A DNA stretch of 49,360 bases from the IMG/VR virus record IMGVR_UViG_3300023257_000002, positions 1 to 49,360 of that record; one strand, 5' to 3'. Each line of letters starts with the position of its first letter. Position 1 is the first letter of the stretch. Position numbers and translations under genes: made by a program. This stretch comes from a virus (Duplodnaviria > Caudoviricetes). The notes beneath the pieces are model-generated. The model did no database searches. It was not told where the DNA came from and saw only the letters and a program-made list of their open reading frames with translations. Shown here piece after piece: positions 1 to 9,541 of the stretch.

Positions 1-127
1 AAACTCTAATTCCATCAACTAAGTTAGCACCTGGATTAAATCCCATGTGACTTTCTCCATCCTCTAATTGAAGAAAGGTCGTCGTAAATGGTGTTGTTGT
101 TGTTCCTAATCTTACTTGAACTTTGTC
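1..127. repeat. Right part of the origin-spanning copy of the 185-bp perfect repeat
   Basis: Identical to 37657-37783; similarity continues to about 234; 1-41 is also identical to 49320-49360. Confidence 0.97.
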
Positions 128-2119
128 AGTAGACTCAAATATAAAATTCCCAGCAACTCCATTACTATATAATTTAACATCTTGACCATCTCCAAGATAT
201 AAACCATTCGTATCACTTGCTATGTTTATATTTGCAGTTGTTGTAAAAATCCCACTTCCATTAACATCTCCAAGATAAGAAGTTCCTGTTACGTTTAAAG
301 CTCCAACAACATTTAAAGTATGGGTTGGTGAGGTTGTCCCAATCCCAACATTCCCACCATTTTTAGCTAATATAACATTCCCATATAATCCTGTGCTATC
401 TCCTCCAATCCCTCCAGCACCTGGATTTATATTAACATCTCCACCATCTCCACCATCCTTTCCAATGAAACCATCTGTAGCTCCTCCAATTCCACCTGTA
501 ATATTAACATCACCACCTTTTGCTCCATCATCATCTCCTGAAAATCCTCCTGCACCTCCAATTAAACTAACAATTCCAGCAACTCCACCAACGCCAGCTG
601 TATCAGCTCCTCCTGCTCCTGCAATATAAATAATATTTCCTCCAGCACCAGCTAAATATCCACTAGTTGATGAACCTCCCCCTACACCAGCAGTATGAAA
701 TATATTACTTCCTTTTCCTGCATTATCAGCTAATTCATCTCCTCCAGCACCTCCAAGAACAGTCATATCAAAAGCATCAGAATTACTCTCTCCATCAGTT
801 AATTCAATTATAACTGAACCACTAAGATAAGAAGTTCCTATTACATTTAAATAATCAAAAGTCGCATTCCCTACAAATAACGAGGTGAAGTTTGCGTTGT
901 TTGCAGTTATCCAACTCCAACTTGAATTAACTAAACTTCCATTAACATTCTCCATAAACAAAGGACTTTCTAACCAAGAACTAAAAATAGGGTCTACCTC
1001 TTGACCTGATGGAGTTCCGAATCCTTTTGCGATTGTTATCCAATCAAACAAATGTTTATGCGTTCTTGGTGGGACTCCTGCATCTTGAAAAACTCTAACT
1101 TGAACTACATCATCTCCATCAATATGTTCATCAGCATCAAATATTCCAAACTCAACAACATTATATTCATTATTTTCTGGTAAGTCTCCATAGTTTTCCC
1201 ACGTTCCTCCAACAGGTTCGTAAATTTGAACTTGCATTCTACGGGGTTCATTGTCTTCATCACTTCTATATCTAATTATTAATTGATTGAAATCTGTTAT
1301 TCCTGTAAAATTAATTCTCAATTCTAAGTCACTCGCATCTTCTGTAACATTATAAGAAATTTGATTATAAGATTGAATATCATTTAAAACTCCTGCACCA
1401 GTTCCAGTTACTACATCTATTGCTGTTGCATTATAGAAGATTGTTGATAACATTGATGTGTTGAATGTTAAATTCCACCCCCCAATAAAGTCAAACCACG
1501 TGTCTGTTGTCCAGTTGAATCTTCCGTTGAACCAATTTGCCGATACATTCTCTGTAAATATCCCACTTATTCCAGAAACATTTCCAATTAAATTATCTGC
1601 AATTATATCCCCTAAAATAATCACATCACCATCACCAACAACATCAGGGTCAATTATTAAATCTGTAGCATTATAATATATCCAAGCATCTCTTCCCCCA
1701 CCTAACATGATATTATTATGAGCACTAGTTCCATCAGAATCTGTTAGATGTATATTCCAAATTGTAGAAAGGTTTCCATGTAAGTCTATGGAATCTGAAT
1801 GCAAATCTAAATGACCATTATCATCTGAAGATATAAAATCAGAACCAGAAAAATAAGCCTTATCAATTTCTATAATATTAAAACTATTCATATCTAAGTT
1901 TGCATCGATAGTATGTCCTGCAACACTCCATGCTAAATTGTTTAATAAGTTATGGTCAATGTCTGCAGGGGTATCTAGTCCGTCCCACCAATCAGAAGCA
2001 TTAACTGTTGGAATTGTAGAATAATTAATAGGTACTGGAATATCTACAGTTAAGGCTAAAACTGGGGAAATAAAAAATATAGAAAAGACTAAAAGAAAGG
2101 TAAGTAATTTCATTTTCAT
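1..2119 (-). CDS. N-terminal 706 codons of an exported, glycine-rich fibre/adhesin glycoprotein that runs off the window start (missed by the ORF track)
   Basis: Manual translation from ATG 2119: MKMKLLTFLLVFSIFFISPVLALT signal peptide, more than 15 N-x-S/T sequons, GGAGG-rich block, GNVGIGTTSPTHTLNVVG fibre motif, open to position 1. It gives 866 aa if joined to 49319-48838, or 1095 aa if joined to 37656-36488. Confidence 0.85.
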   Translation of the reverse strand, partial: MKMKLLTFLLVFSIFFISPVLALTVDIPVPINYSTIPTVNASDWWDGLDTPADIDHNLLNNLAWSVAGHTIDANLDMNSFNIIEIDKAYFSGSDFISSDDNGHLDLHSDSIDLHGNLSTIWNIHLTDSDGTSAHNNIMLGGGRDAWIYYNATDLIIDPDVVGDGDVIILGDIIADNLIGNVSGISGIFTENVSANWFNGRFNWTTDTWFDFIGGWNLTFNTSMLSTIFYNATAIDVVTGTGAGVLNDIQSYNQISYNVTEDASDLELRINFTGITDFNQLIIRYRSDEDNEPRRMQVQIYEPVGGTWENYGDLPENNEYNVVEFGIFDADEHIDGDDVVQVRVFQDAGVPPRTHKHLFDWITIAKGFGTPSGQEVDPIFSSWLESPLFMENVNGSLVNSSWSWITANNANFTSLFVGNATFDYLNVIGTSYLSGSVIIELTDGESNSDAFDMTVLGGAGGDELADNAGKGSNIFHTAGVGGGSSTSGYLAGAGGNIIYIAGAGGADTAGVGGVAGIVSLIGGAGGFSGDDDGAKGGDVNITGGIGGATDGFIGKDGGDGGDVNINPGAGGIGGDSTGLYGNVILAKNGGNVGIGTTSPTHTLNVVGALNVTGTSYLGDVNGSGIFTTTANINIASDTNGLYLGDGQDVKLYSNGVAGNFIFESTDKVQVRLGTTTTPFTTTFLQLEDGESHMGFNPGANLVDGIRV

Positions 2120-2278
2120 AATAAAAATACTAAAAGAATCTATTTAAATTTAATTGATTAGAAAAAGAAAAACTACACGACAAATTATCAGAAAAATTAA
2201 CTTCGTTAGAAGCCTTTATCCTATTGTCGTGTTTGTTTTTAATAAGCATTTTGTTTGTGGAAATTTAAAGTTTAAACT

Positions 2279-2497
2279 TTAAATTAATCCGCTATTCCGT
2301 AATCCTTGTGCCGCAATTCCAATTGCGGAAGTTGCGATTGCAAGTGCAAAGAATAGAGTGGTCAATCCAACTAAAGTATCAGCAGCACCAGTTACGTTTC
2401 CGTCTGCCTGTGCAGTACCTACCTGTTGTGCAACAGTTGGCAATAGAGCTGTTCCTACTAAAATTACGATGAACCCCCCAATTATGTTAGCAAGCAT
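2279..2497 (-). CDS. Putative major capsid protein, two-helix hydrophobic hairpin (spindle-shaped virus type)
   Basis: 72 aa, two hydrophobic helices joined by a loop carrying an NVT sequon; strong SD (AGGAGGGG); downstream of the conserved promoter motif; architecture like SSV1 VP1 and the His1 MCP. Confidence 0.7.
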   Translation of the reverse strand: MLANIIGGFIVILVGTALLPTVAQQVGTAQADGNVTGAADTLVGLTTLFFALAIATSAIGIAAQGLRNSGLI

Positions 2498-2584
2498 ATT
2501 AATTTCTCCCCTCCTAAAAAATTCTCACCATTGTGAGATAAGTATAAATCTTTGTTTGTCATACTTTAGTAATAACTAAATTGG

Positions 2585-2599
2585 TTTATAAATATCGAT
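2585..2599 (-). promoter_or_regulatory. Conserved promoter motif ATCGATATTTATAAA (copy 1)
   Basis: Exact 15-mer containing a TATA box, upstream of the capsid gene. Confidence 0.85.
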
Positions 2600-2637
2600 G
2601 TCGAAAGATTTATAAAGGTATATATGATAATATTATT

Positions 2638-3330
2638 ATGAAAGCAACTGAAAAACAAAAACAAAAAATGAAAGAGTACAATCAAAGACCAGAAATAAAA
2701 GCTAAGAGAAGAATATATATGCAAAAATATTTAAAAAAATATAAAGCTGAACATCCAGAGAAGATTATAGAAAAAGGTAAAAAATATTATATTAAAAATA
2801 AAGATAAGATAGATAAAAGAAATAAAAAATGGATTAAGGATAACAAAGAAAAGTGGGATAAGTATCGTAAAGTTTATTATCATTTAAATAGAAATAAATT
2901 ATTACAATATAGTAGAGACTGGCATCATGCTCAAGACAAAGAAGAATATTATAGGAAAAAAAAGATTTGGCATAAGGATAAAATGAAAAATGATTTAAAT
3001 TATGCTACCAAAAGAAGATTAAGGTGTCGTGTGATTAGTGCCTTTTGTAAATATTCTGAAACAGGAAAAATTAGGCAATCAAAAGAATATGGAATTAATT
3101 ATGGAAAAATTATAAAGAAATTAATATCTGAACTCCCTAAAGATTTTGATAAGGTTGATTATGAAATCGACCACATAAAACCTTGCTGTGCATTTGATTT
3201 AACTGACCCTGAACAAATTAAGGAATGTTTTGCACCAGAGAATCACCAATGGCTAACATCAGAAGATAATAAAGATAAAATATCTTCTGATATGAAACAA
3301 ATGGTTATAAAACGTGGTCGTTGGAATTAA
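2638..3330 (+). CDS. HNH-like endonuclease with basic N-terminal region
   Basis: EIDHIKPCCAFDL...ENHQWLTSEDN motif; start moved to ATG 2638, which follows a TATA box near 2608. Confidence 0.75.
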   Translation: MKATEKQKQKMKEYNQRPEIKAKRRIYMQKYLKKYKAEHPEKIIEKGKKYYIKNKDKIDKRNKKWIKDNKEKWDKYRKVYYHLNRNKLLQYSRDWHHAQDKEEYYRKKKIWHKDKMKNDLNYATKRRLRCRVISAFCKYSETGKIRQSKEYGINYGKIIKKLISELPKDFDKVDYEIDHIKPCCAFDLTDPEQIKECFAPENHQWLTSEDNKDKISSDMKQMVIKRGRWN

Positions 3331-3465
3331 TTATTCTTAAAATTCTGGGACTTCTTCTACTTCTTTTTTCTTATGTCCCAAGACTATCCATCCAAAACCG
3401 ATACCTACTAAAATCCCTAATAAATTTACTACAATTTATTAGTAGTGACATTATCATAAATGATA

Positions 3466-3480
3466 ATCGATATTTATAAA
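3466..3480 (+). promoter_or_regulatory. Conserved promoter motif (copy 2)
   Basis: Exact 15-mer, 21 nt before ATG 3502. Confidence 0.85.
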
Positions 3481-3501
3481 GGATAAATTACTTTAATATC
3501 T

Positions 3502-3915
3502 ATGGGTTGGAAAGATTTAAACAAAGAACCAGAAGAAGACCAAGTATCAAAAATTAATGCCGCAGGATTGATTAATATTACTCTTGAAAATTTATTTAGA
3601 GATTGTTACATCGCAATGGCAAATTATAATTACAAATTATGGATGATTAAGTTGGATTCTATTTGGACTATCCTCGGTGGGGATGAAAAAAGAGGGGAGG
3701 AGGCAGATACTTACATTAACGACCTTGATTTGAAAATTTATGAATTAGGAGATATGTCTATTCCTGTAAATAGAACTTTTAACAAAAAACCAGAATCAAA
3801 ATCTAAAGACCAATACCAATTATTAAAATTAAAGACAATTTATTTGAGAAGATTGCAAAATAAACAGGGAAAAGGAACTTCTTATCTGAGAGATGACGAT
3901 TATGATTTTGATTAA
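3502..3915 (+). CDS. Hypothetical protein translationally coupled to the ATPase
   Basis: 137-aa ORF; TAATG overlap with the next gene. Confidence 0.75.
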   Translation: MGWKDLNKEPEEDQVSKINAAGLINITLENLFRDCYIAMANYNYKLWMIKLDSIWTILGGDEKRGEEADTYINDLDLKIYELGDMSIPVNRTFNKKPESKSKDQYQLLKLKTIYLRRLQNKQGKGTSYLRDDDYDFD

Positions 3916-4889
3916 TGGCAATTGTAAAATTTTTAGACCCAATTACTGAAAAAGAAATCTCTTATCACATGAATTCCCGACTAAGAGAAAATTTAGACAA
4001 CAAAGTTATTCCTTCTTTACTAAAAAAAGACAAAGATTGCTTTATTGTCATTGACGGACGGGAAGGCTCGGGTAAATCTACACTCGCATTACAATTAGGA
4101 AAGTATGTAGACCGAACTTTAGATTTATCTCGTGTAGTTTTTGATGCAGAATCATTTAGACAGGCAATTTTTAAAGCAAAAAAGGGACAATGTATTATTT
4201 TTGATGAAGCATTTACTGGTTTGAGTAGTAGAGGTGCACTTTCTGGAATAAATAAGGCGTTGGTTGGTTTAATGATGCAGATGAGACAAAAAAATTTGTT
4301 TGTTATTATGGTTTTACCTACTTTTTTTATGTTAGACAAGTACGCAGCCATCTTTAGAGCAAAAGCATTGATACATGTTTATGAAAATAAAGGAATTCGG
4401 GGATATTTCAGACTTTATAACTCAAGATTAAAGAAATTACTATACTTACATGGGAAAAAAGACTATTCTTACAGTCATAAATTCGTTAGAACCCGATTTA
4501 CTGGGAGATTTTATGGGAAATTTGCACTTGGAGGGGATGAAGAGGAGAAAAAGTACCGAAAAAAGAAGGAAGAGGCATTGGAAGCTACTGAAAGAAACCC
4601 TATGACAGCAAAACAGATAAGATACCGTAATCAAAGGGATATTGTGATATATTTATTGAGGAAAGCAAGTAAAATGTCCTATCGTGAGATGGAAATGTTC
4701 CTTCAAGACTATGATTTTGATATGTCTTACTCTCAAATAGGTAAAATATGTGGTGTTTTTGGAGATAAAGAGAATGAAAAGCCTGAAATTGAGACTAAAC
4801 TCCTTGTTCCTGATGAAAAGTTGGACGAAAACGACGAAAAAAGCGAAGTTTTAGACGAAAATACCCTAAAAACAGACGATTTGGAGTGA
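3915..4889 (+). CDS. Zot-like P-loop ATPase, probable virion assembly/packaging ATPase
   Basis: Walker A GREGSGKS, Walker B CIIFDEA, QMRQK arginine motif; possible C-terminal HTH and acidic tail. Confidence 0.8.
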   Translation: MAIVKFLDPITEKEISYHMNSRLRENLDNKVIPSLLKKDKDCFIVIDGREGSGKSTLALQLGKYVDRTLDLSRVVFDAESFRQAIFKAKKGQCIIFDEAFTGLSSRGALSGINKALVGLMMQMRQKNLFVIMVLPTFFMLDKYAAIFRAKALIHVYENKGIRGYFRLYNSRLKKLLYLHGKKDYSYSHKFVRTRFTGRFYGKFALGGDEEEKKYRKKKEEALEATERNPMTAKQIRYRNQRDIVIYLLRKASKMSYREMEMFLQDYDFDMSYSQIGKICGVFGDKENEKPEIETKLLVPDEKLDENDEKSEVLDENTLKTDDLE

Positions 4890-4934
4890 TTTCTTTATTT
4901 TTTTGTGGTTTGTGTATGGTAAAACGGGAAATTC

Positions 4935-5284
4935 TAAGGCATTGAACGGCTTTTTTGCGGTTTTTAGGGCTTTTTGCGTCATGTGGCGTGTGAAATAAGA
5001 ATATATATATGTTTAAAAGTCCGATTGAGGAGAATTTTGAACCAATGAAAGAGTTTTTCGAGCTTTCTCTAGGCATTCAGCCATTAGAAGTCCCCAGACC
5101 CCTTGATTTCCACTGTAAAACGTTATGTTTTATGAATTCCTGGTGATTTGTGTGTAAAAATTAAGGCATTCGGAACGTATCTTGGTTATTTGATGAACTG
5201 TTTTAAGACATTGGATTGAATCTCATTGTCCTAGGGTTGTAATCAAGGCATTGGGGTTGCTCGTGTTCGAGGGTCTAGGCACTC
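4935..5284 (+). repeat. Cluster of AGGCATT-type repeats in the longest non-coding gap of loop A
   Basis: Copies at 4935, 5070, 5161, 5203 (variant), 5244 and 5276 (variant), followed by a T-rich tract at about 5333-5400. Confidence 0.6.
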
Positions 5285-5633
5285 GCCAAAAAACACCCCT
5301 TAAACGATAACACTTAGGTGTTATATTGGCACTTTTTTAAGTCCTTTTTTTTGGATTTTTTTTGAGAATTTTTTTTAATTTTTGAGATTTTAAAATATTG
5401 CAGGGGATATTTTTTATTATGGTTGTTGTTTAAACTTGTTCACAGAAAACCTATTCATTTTTAGGTGTAGAAAATCGCTTAATCCAAAAGCGAAGAAGGG
5501 TTTAATTTATGAAAACTCTTTATAGTTTATAGGAGAATCGTTTATTTATTTGTTACTTAAAAGTAGTCTTATATAATCTTAACACTTACAACAAAATAGA
5601 AACATTTATAAACTATTTATTCTTAATATATAC

Positions 5634-5867
5634 ATGGAAAACATAAACCAAAAAGAAATAACAAGAAGAATAAATTCATTACTTCGGGGGATTGATGAGG
5701 GGATGATAGAAGATGGGGAATATAAAAAACCAAAAACTTTAAAGTGGTTAAGAAAACATTACGCTCACGAAATAGGCGGAGAATGGACGGAGCAAATAAA
5801 AAACGAAATAGAAACGGAAGAATGGATAAAAGAAATAAATAAACAAAGAGGAGTTAAGGCAAGATAA
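5634..5867 (+). CDS. Hypothetical protein
   Basis: 77-aa ORF with AAACATTTATAAA TATA box at about -25. Confidence 0.7.
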   Translation: MENINQKEITRRINSLLRGIDEGMIEDGEYKKPKTLKWLRKHYAHEIGGEWTEQIKNEIETEEWIKEINKQRGVKAR

Positions 5868-5897
5868 AAAATCTTAACCGACTCCCTTAATAATCAA

Positions 5898-6176
5898 ATG
5901 AAAAAACAAACAAAAAACAATAGGGGATTTATTCCCTTAGAAAGAATAAACTTTACTATTGCACGAACTCAATTTAAATATAGGAGAAGTAGTTTAAAGA
6001 TAGCTGGGGCTTTTGGATTGATGGGATTATCTTTTATTATCCCAGACTTAGGAATCGGTTTAATATTAGGGGTTATGTTATTGAGTCCGCTTAAACTTAG
6101 GGATAGTCTTAGGAATAAATGCGAAGATGTTAAACACTCTATAAATAAGCGTTTGATTTTAGGGGGTTGGAAATGA
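5898..6176 (+). CDS. Small membrane protein
   Basis: 92 aa with a hydrophobic hairpin. Confidence 0.65.
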   Translation: MKKQTKNNRGFIPLERINFTIARTQFKYRRSSLKIAGAFGLMGLSFIIPDLGIGLILGVMLLSPLKLRDSLRNKCEDVKHSINKRLILGGWK

Positions 6177-6493
6177 AATGCATAGGGAGTTTATGGAAGG
6201 GGGAAGAATGGGAAACCGCTTTAAATAAACATTCTGTTTGTAGTGATTGTTATTTTGAGGTGGTTTTTGAAGATGTTAATAAAGAATATTTATTAAAAGA
6301 GTCTGAATTTTGTTTTAAGTATTATCGTTTGTTAGGTTATGGAAACAGGTTTAAAAGATACACTACAAAAATCCCCTTAAAATATTATCCTATCTTAGAA
6401 GGTTTAAAAATACAATTTCCAGAAAAATTTATTAAAGTTAATGAATACGGACAAAGAATAAAAGAAGAATTTATCAAAGAGGTTTTAGAATGA
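6167..6493 (+). CDS. Hypothetical protein
   Basis: 108-aa ORF in the same operon, CxxC. Confidence 0.6.
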   Translation: MEMKCIGSLWKGEEWETALNKHSVCSDCYFEVVFEDVNKEYLLKESEFCFKYYRLLGYGNRFKRYTTKIPLKYYPILEGLKIQFPEKFIKVNEYGQRIKEEFIKEVLE

Positions 6494-6581
6494 TACAATA
6501 TAAACAGACAGAAAAAGGACAAGAGATTTTAAGAGTTTTGTTTAATATTTATTATATAATGAAAGGAGGTTTAAAAGAATA

Positions 6582-6887
6582 ATGACATATAGTATTTATT
6601 GCGATTGGATGGAAGAATTTAAAACCCCTGATAAATGGGAAAATAATTCTTATCGTGTTTTATGTGAAGTATTAGAAAATAAGGAACACCCACAATTTAA
6701 AGAAATTGCTGAGAGGTACGGAGTTTTAGAAGATGGAGAATTGAGGGAATATTGGGAAGACGATTTAAGAGACCCAACAGACCCAATATATAATTATATC
6801 TATCCTTTAGAAATAACCCCAACAGATGAAAAGATATATTTAAAAAAGGTTTTAGTGTCTTATTTTTGGAGGTGTTTAAATGGCTGA
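6582..6887 (+). CDS. Hypothetical acidic protein
   Basis: 101 aa with SD AGGAGGT. Confidence 0.65.
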   Translation: MTYSIYCDWMEEFKTPDKWENNSYRVLCEVLENKEHPQFKEIAERYGVLEDGELREYWEDDLRDPTDPIYNYIYPLEITPTDEKIYLKKVLVSYFWRCLNG

Positions 6888-6926
6888 AGAAGAAACAACA
6901 GAAGAAGAAGAATAAATATTTTTAAT

Positions 6927-7106
6927 GAATGCCTTAATTAAGGTGTAGTGAAATAATATTTATTTGTTTGTAATCTTTTAGACCAATGCCTTAATGGAAT
7001 CCAATGCCTTAATATAAAATCTCGTTAGTTCAATGGTTAGAATACTGGTCTCATGAGCCAGAGATGTTTGTTCGATTCAATCACGAGATATTCCCAATGC
7101 CTTAAT
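6927..7106 (-). repeat. Four AATGCCTTAAT copies flanking the tRNA, inverse orientation to the 4935-5284 cluster
   Basis: GAATGCCTTAAT at 6927; CCAATGCCTTAAT at 6983, 7001 and 7094. Confidence 0.8.
7019..7090 (+). tRNA. tRNA with CAT anticodon (Met or Ile2)
   Basis: Acceptor ATCTCGT/ACGAGAT, D arm GTTC/GAAT with TGG, anticodon stem CTGGT/GCCAG, loop CTCATGA, T loop TTCGATT; no encoded CCA. Confidence 0.85.
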
Positions 7107-7119
7107 CGATATTTATAAA
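7105..7119 (+). promoter_or_regulatory. Conserved promoter motif (copy 3), followed by TACATGTA
   Basis: Exact 15-mer, 21 nt before ATG 7141. Confidence 0.85.
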
Positions 7120-7140
7120 CTATAGATTACATGTATTACT

Positions 7141-7359
7141 ATGGATTTTATTAAAAGCGAAATGGATAAGGAGTTTAGTTCTATAGGTTTTAAGAATCAA
7201 AGAAAGAGTTTAAAGGTTAGTGAGCATCAAATCGGAACAACTATTAAATCTATTGATAAAATGCGTAAAGCATTGAAGCCAGGAAAGAGAATTAGTAAGT
7301 CTGGGAAAATTTATTATGAAAATAGGGCAAACCGCAGCGATTTAAAAGATAATATTTAA
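7141..7359 (+). CDS. Small basic protein, possible virion DNA-binding protein
   Basis: 72 aa, K/R-rich, KPGKRISKSGKIYYENRANRSD; sits under the conserved promoter. Confidence 0.65.
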   Translation: MDFIKSEMDKEFSSIGFKNQRKSLKVSEHQIGTTIKSIDKMRKALKPGKRISKSGKIYYENRANRSDLKDNI

Positions 7360-7796
7360 TCTCCAAATATAAAACAATCTAAACTCATCTGGTCTAATTT
7401 ACAATAAGCTGTCTCATCTGAAATGATTGCAAAGGCATGTGCGTATTTTCCCGTACTTATTATTACTTTTTTTGCATTGAAATTTAAATCTTCTATGTAT
7501 CTTATATATAAATCCGTCCAATCATTACAATCACCACCCCTTTCTTTTAATTCTTCGATTGTTAGACTTCTAGAATCATCGGTTTCATTATATTTATAGA
7601 TTGAAACTATATAATCATTTAAACAATGGGCGGTTTTTACTAAAGATAAATTAATACATTCTTCTGGAGTATCTACTTGTTTGTTTTTTATTCTTCTTAT
7701 TAATTTTGATATATCATCTTCTGCTAGATACCCTAAAAAGATTGAACTAAGAACTAAGGAGAAGACAAAAATTACAGAGATTATTTCATATTTCAT
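7356..7796 (-). CDS. Membrane-anchored transglutaminase-like cysteine protease
   Basis: N-terminal TM helix; GGDCND...HAFAII...KLD Cys-His-Asp pattern. Confidence 0.65.
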   Translation of the reverse strand: MKYEIISVIFVFSLVLSSIFLGYLAEDDISKLIRRIKNKQVDTPEECINLSLVKTAHCLNDYIVSIYKYNETDDSRSLTIEELKERGGDCNDWTDLYIRYIEDLNFNAKKVIISTGKYAHAFAIISDETAYCKLDQMSLDCFIFGD

Positions 7797-7886
7797 TTTT
7801 CTTTTTTAGGTATTTAATTAATTTTTTAATTGGACTTTCGATTGGTAAAAACTTCCCTGCATTTTCTAATGTTGTTTCAAGTTCTA

Positions 7887-8210
7887 TTACTTCTTCTTTT
7901 GTTTCCATGTTTTATAATATTCTCTTGAATTCTTTTGTTTGGTTGTTTTGAAATCTATGTCTTCATTGTATCTTCTTCTTTGATATTCTTTTAGATAAGG
8001 TAATCTTTTTTTGTAGACTTTTTGTCTTTCTTCTAAAGTTTTTCTTTTAAATGAATCTACTGTTTGTTGTATTCTTCTTTTTCTTGTTTCCTCGTTTGAG
8101 TAATAATAAATTGTTTCTATGTTTAAGTTTAATTTTTTAGCGATTTCTCTAGGTTTTATTCCTTCCTTGTGAAGTTTTCTTATTTGTTCTTTTTGTTTAT
8201 TTGTTATCAT
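7887..8210 (-). CDS. Helix-turn-helix protein
   Basis: GIKPREIAKKLNLNIETIYYY. Confidence 0.75.
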   Translation of the reverse strand: MITNKQKEQIRKLHKEGIKPREIAKKLNLNIETIYYYSNEETRKRRIQQTVDSFKRKTLEERQKVYKKRLPYLKEYQRRRYNEDIDFKTTKQKNSREYYKTWKQKKK

Positions 8211-8458
8211 TCTGCCCCCTGTTGATTTAAGTTATAACAAATTTGTTCAATTGTAAATTCAGATGGATTTCCATTTTCTAAAATAACTACCCTTCCTGTT
8301 TGGTATGTGTAGAGTAATCCTTCTAACTTCCCTGAATTATATCCTCTATCGTAAGTTGATTGATTTCTGTCTAACTCGTATTGGAATAAAAAGAATCCTC
8401 CGACTACAATTACTAAGGTTATTAAAATCGTTAATAGTATTATATATTTATCTTTCAT
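8207..8458 (-). CDS. Small single-TM protein
   Basis: 83 aa, N-terminal hydrophobic helix, SD GGAGGT. Confidence 0.65.
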   Translation of the reverse strand: MKDKYIILLTILITLVIVVGGFFLFQYELDRNQSTYDRGYNSGKLEGLLYTYQTGRVVILENGNPSEFTIEQICYNLNQQGAE

Positions 8459-8601
8459 TTATTTACCTCCTTGTTATTTTTATAATTTATATAATCTGAG
8501 ATACTCATACCCATACAAGACATTCCACTACATTCTTCTCCATCAACTAAAATTGTTGCTTCATCATAACATATTGTTTCTTTTTTCATAAATTGGTTAT
8601 T

Positions 8602-9327
8602 TTATCTCTTTTGATTTTGAGATGATTTAGTTAGTTGATTTTCAGCTAATAATTTATGAACAAATCCTAAACTCACAAATTTCTTATGATGGTGCTTATC
8701 CCAATAATAAACTTCTTCGCAAATTTCTCTCATCTTCTTTCCTTCTTTATGAAGTTTTAAGATTTGAACTTCTGCTTTTGGTTGTTTTTTCCTTCCCCAC
8801 TTCTTTCCCTTATATGATTTTGTTATTCCATTTACTTTTCTAACTGCTAATTTTACCCTGTCTGATTTCTTTCTTGATTCTTCTTCTGCCTCTTCTCCTG
8901 CTTGGTTTATCATAAAATCCCATAGTGCTTTGAATATCCCATTTAATAATTCATCAAATATTGGGTTCTCTGAATGACTTTTTCCTAACATATCCCAGAA
9001 AGATAAAATTGATGGTTCTTTAACTGAATAAACTTTAACATTATAAACTTCAAACATCACCTTCATAAATTTATAAAATTCTTCTCTATTTCTAAAAGCC
9101 CTATCATATCTCCAAACGATTATATTCAATTTCTCTTTCTTAGCCCTTTTAATTACCTCTTCCCATTTTGGTCTTATCTTTTCTAATTTATATGCAGAAC
9201 CTTGTTCAGAGACTACCTCTACGATTTCTACCCCTATATCAGACCCGAACTTAACCCCATCTTCCCTTTGTAGTTCTGGGTTTTGGTCTTTTGTACTTGT
9301 TCTTAAATATATTATTGCTTTATCCAT
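8602..9327 (-). CDS. Small serine recombinase (resolvase/invertase family)
   Basis: IIYLRTSTKDQ catalytic motif, IVWRYDRAFR, GRK linker and C-terminal HTH. Confidence 0.9.
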   Translation of the reverse strand: MDKAIIYLRTSTKDQNPELQREDGVKFGSDIGVEIVEVVSEQGSAYKLEKIRPKWEEVIKRAKKEKLNIIVWRYDRAFRNREEFYKFMKVMFEVYNVKVYSVKEPSILSFWDMLGKSHSENPIFDELLNGIFKALWDFMINQAGEEAEEESRKKSDRVKLAVRKVNGITKSYKGKKWGRKKQPKAEVQILKLHKEGKKMREICEEVYYWDKHHHKKFVSLGFVHKLLAENQLTKSSQNQKR

Positions 9328-9361
9328 TTTCTTCTTAATATTTAATGCTATTTAAATGTTT

Positions 9362-9541
9362 CTAGTCTTTACTTCCATCTTCAATCTCCTTTTCTAATTG
9401 TCCTGGTGGAATCATCATTGCTCCACATCCAAATCCTCTAATATCTTTTACGTATTCACAAGTTTCTGGACAAGACTTACACATATAATAATCACATACT
9501 AAAATTTCTTCGTTTTGGCAGTTAATATATTCTGGAATCAT
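9362..9541 (-). CDS. Cys-rich 59-aa protein, paralogue of 9665-9853
   Basis: Manual translation; shared GCGAMMIxPGQLE C-terminus. Confidence 0.6.
   Translation of the reverse strand: MIPEYINCQNEEILVCDYYMCKSCPETCEYVKDIRGFGCGAMMIPPGQLEKEIEDGSKD

Noticed and set aside
393-1676. Plus-strand Pro-rich ORFs 393-629 and 1458-1676, and similar antisense ORFs such as 24694-25002, 40866-41288 and 43623-44207
   Set aside because: Antisense shadows of glycine-rich minus-strand genes
4795-5076. 93-aa minus-strand ORF
   Set aside because: Overlaps the ATPase antisense and the repeat cluster, with no recognisable features
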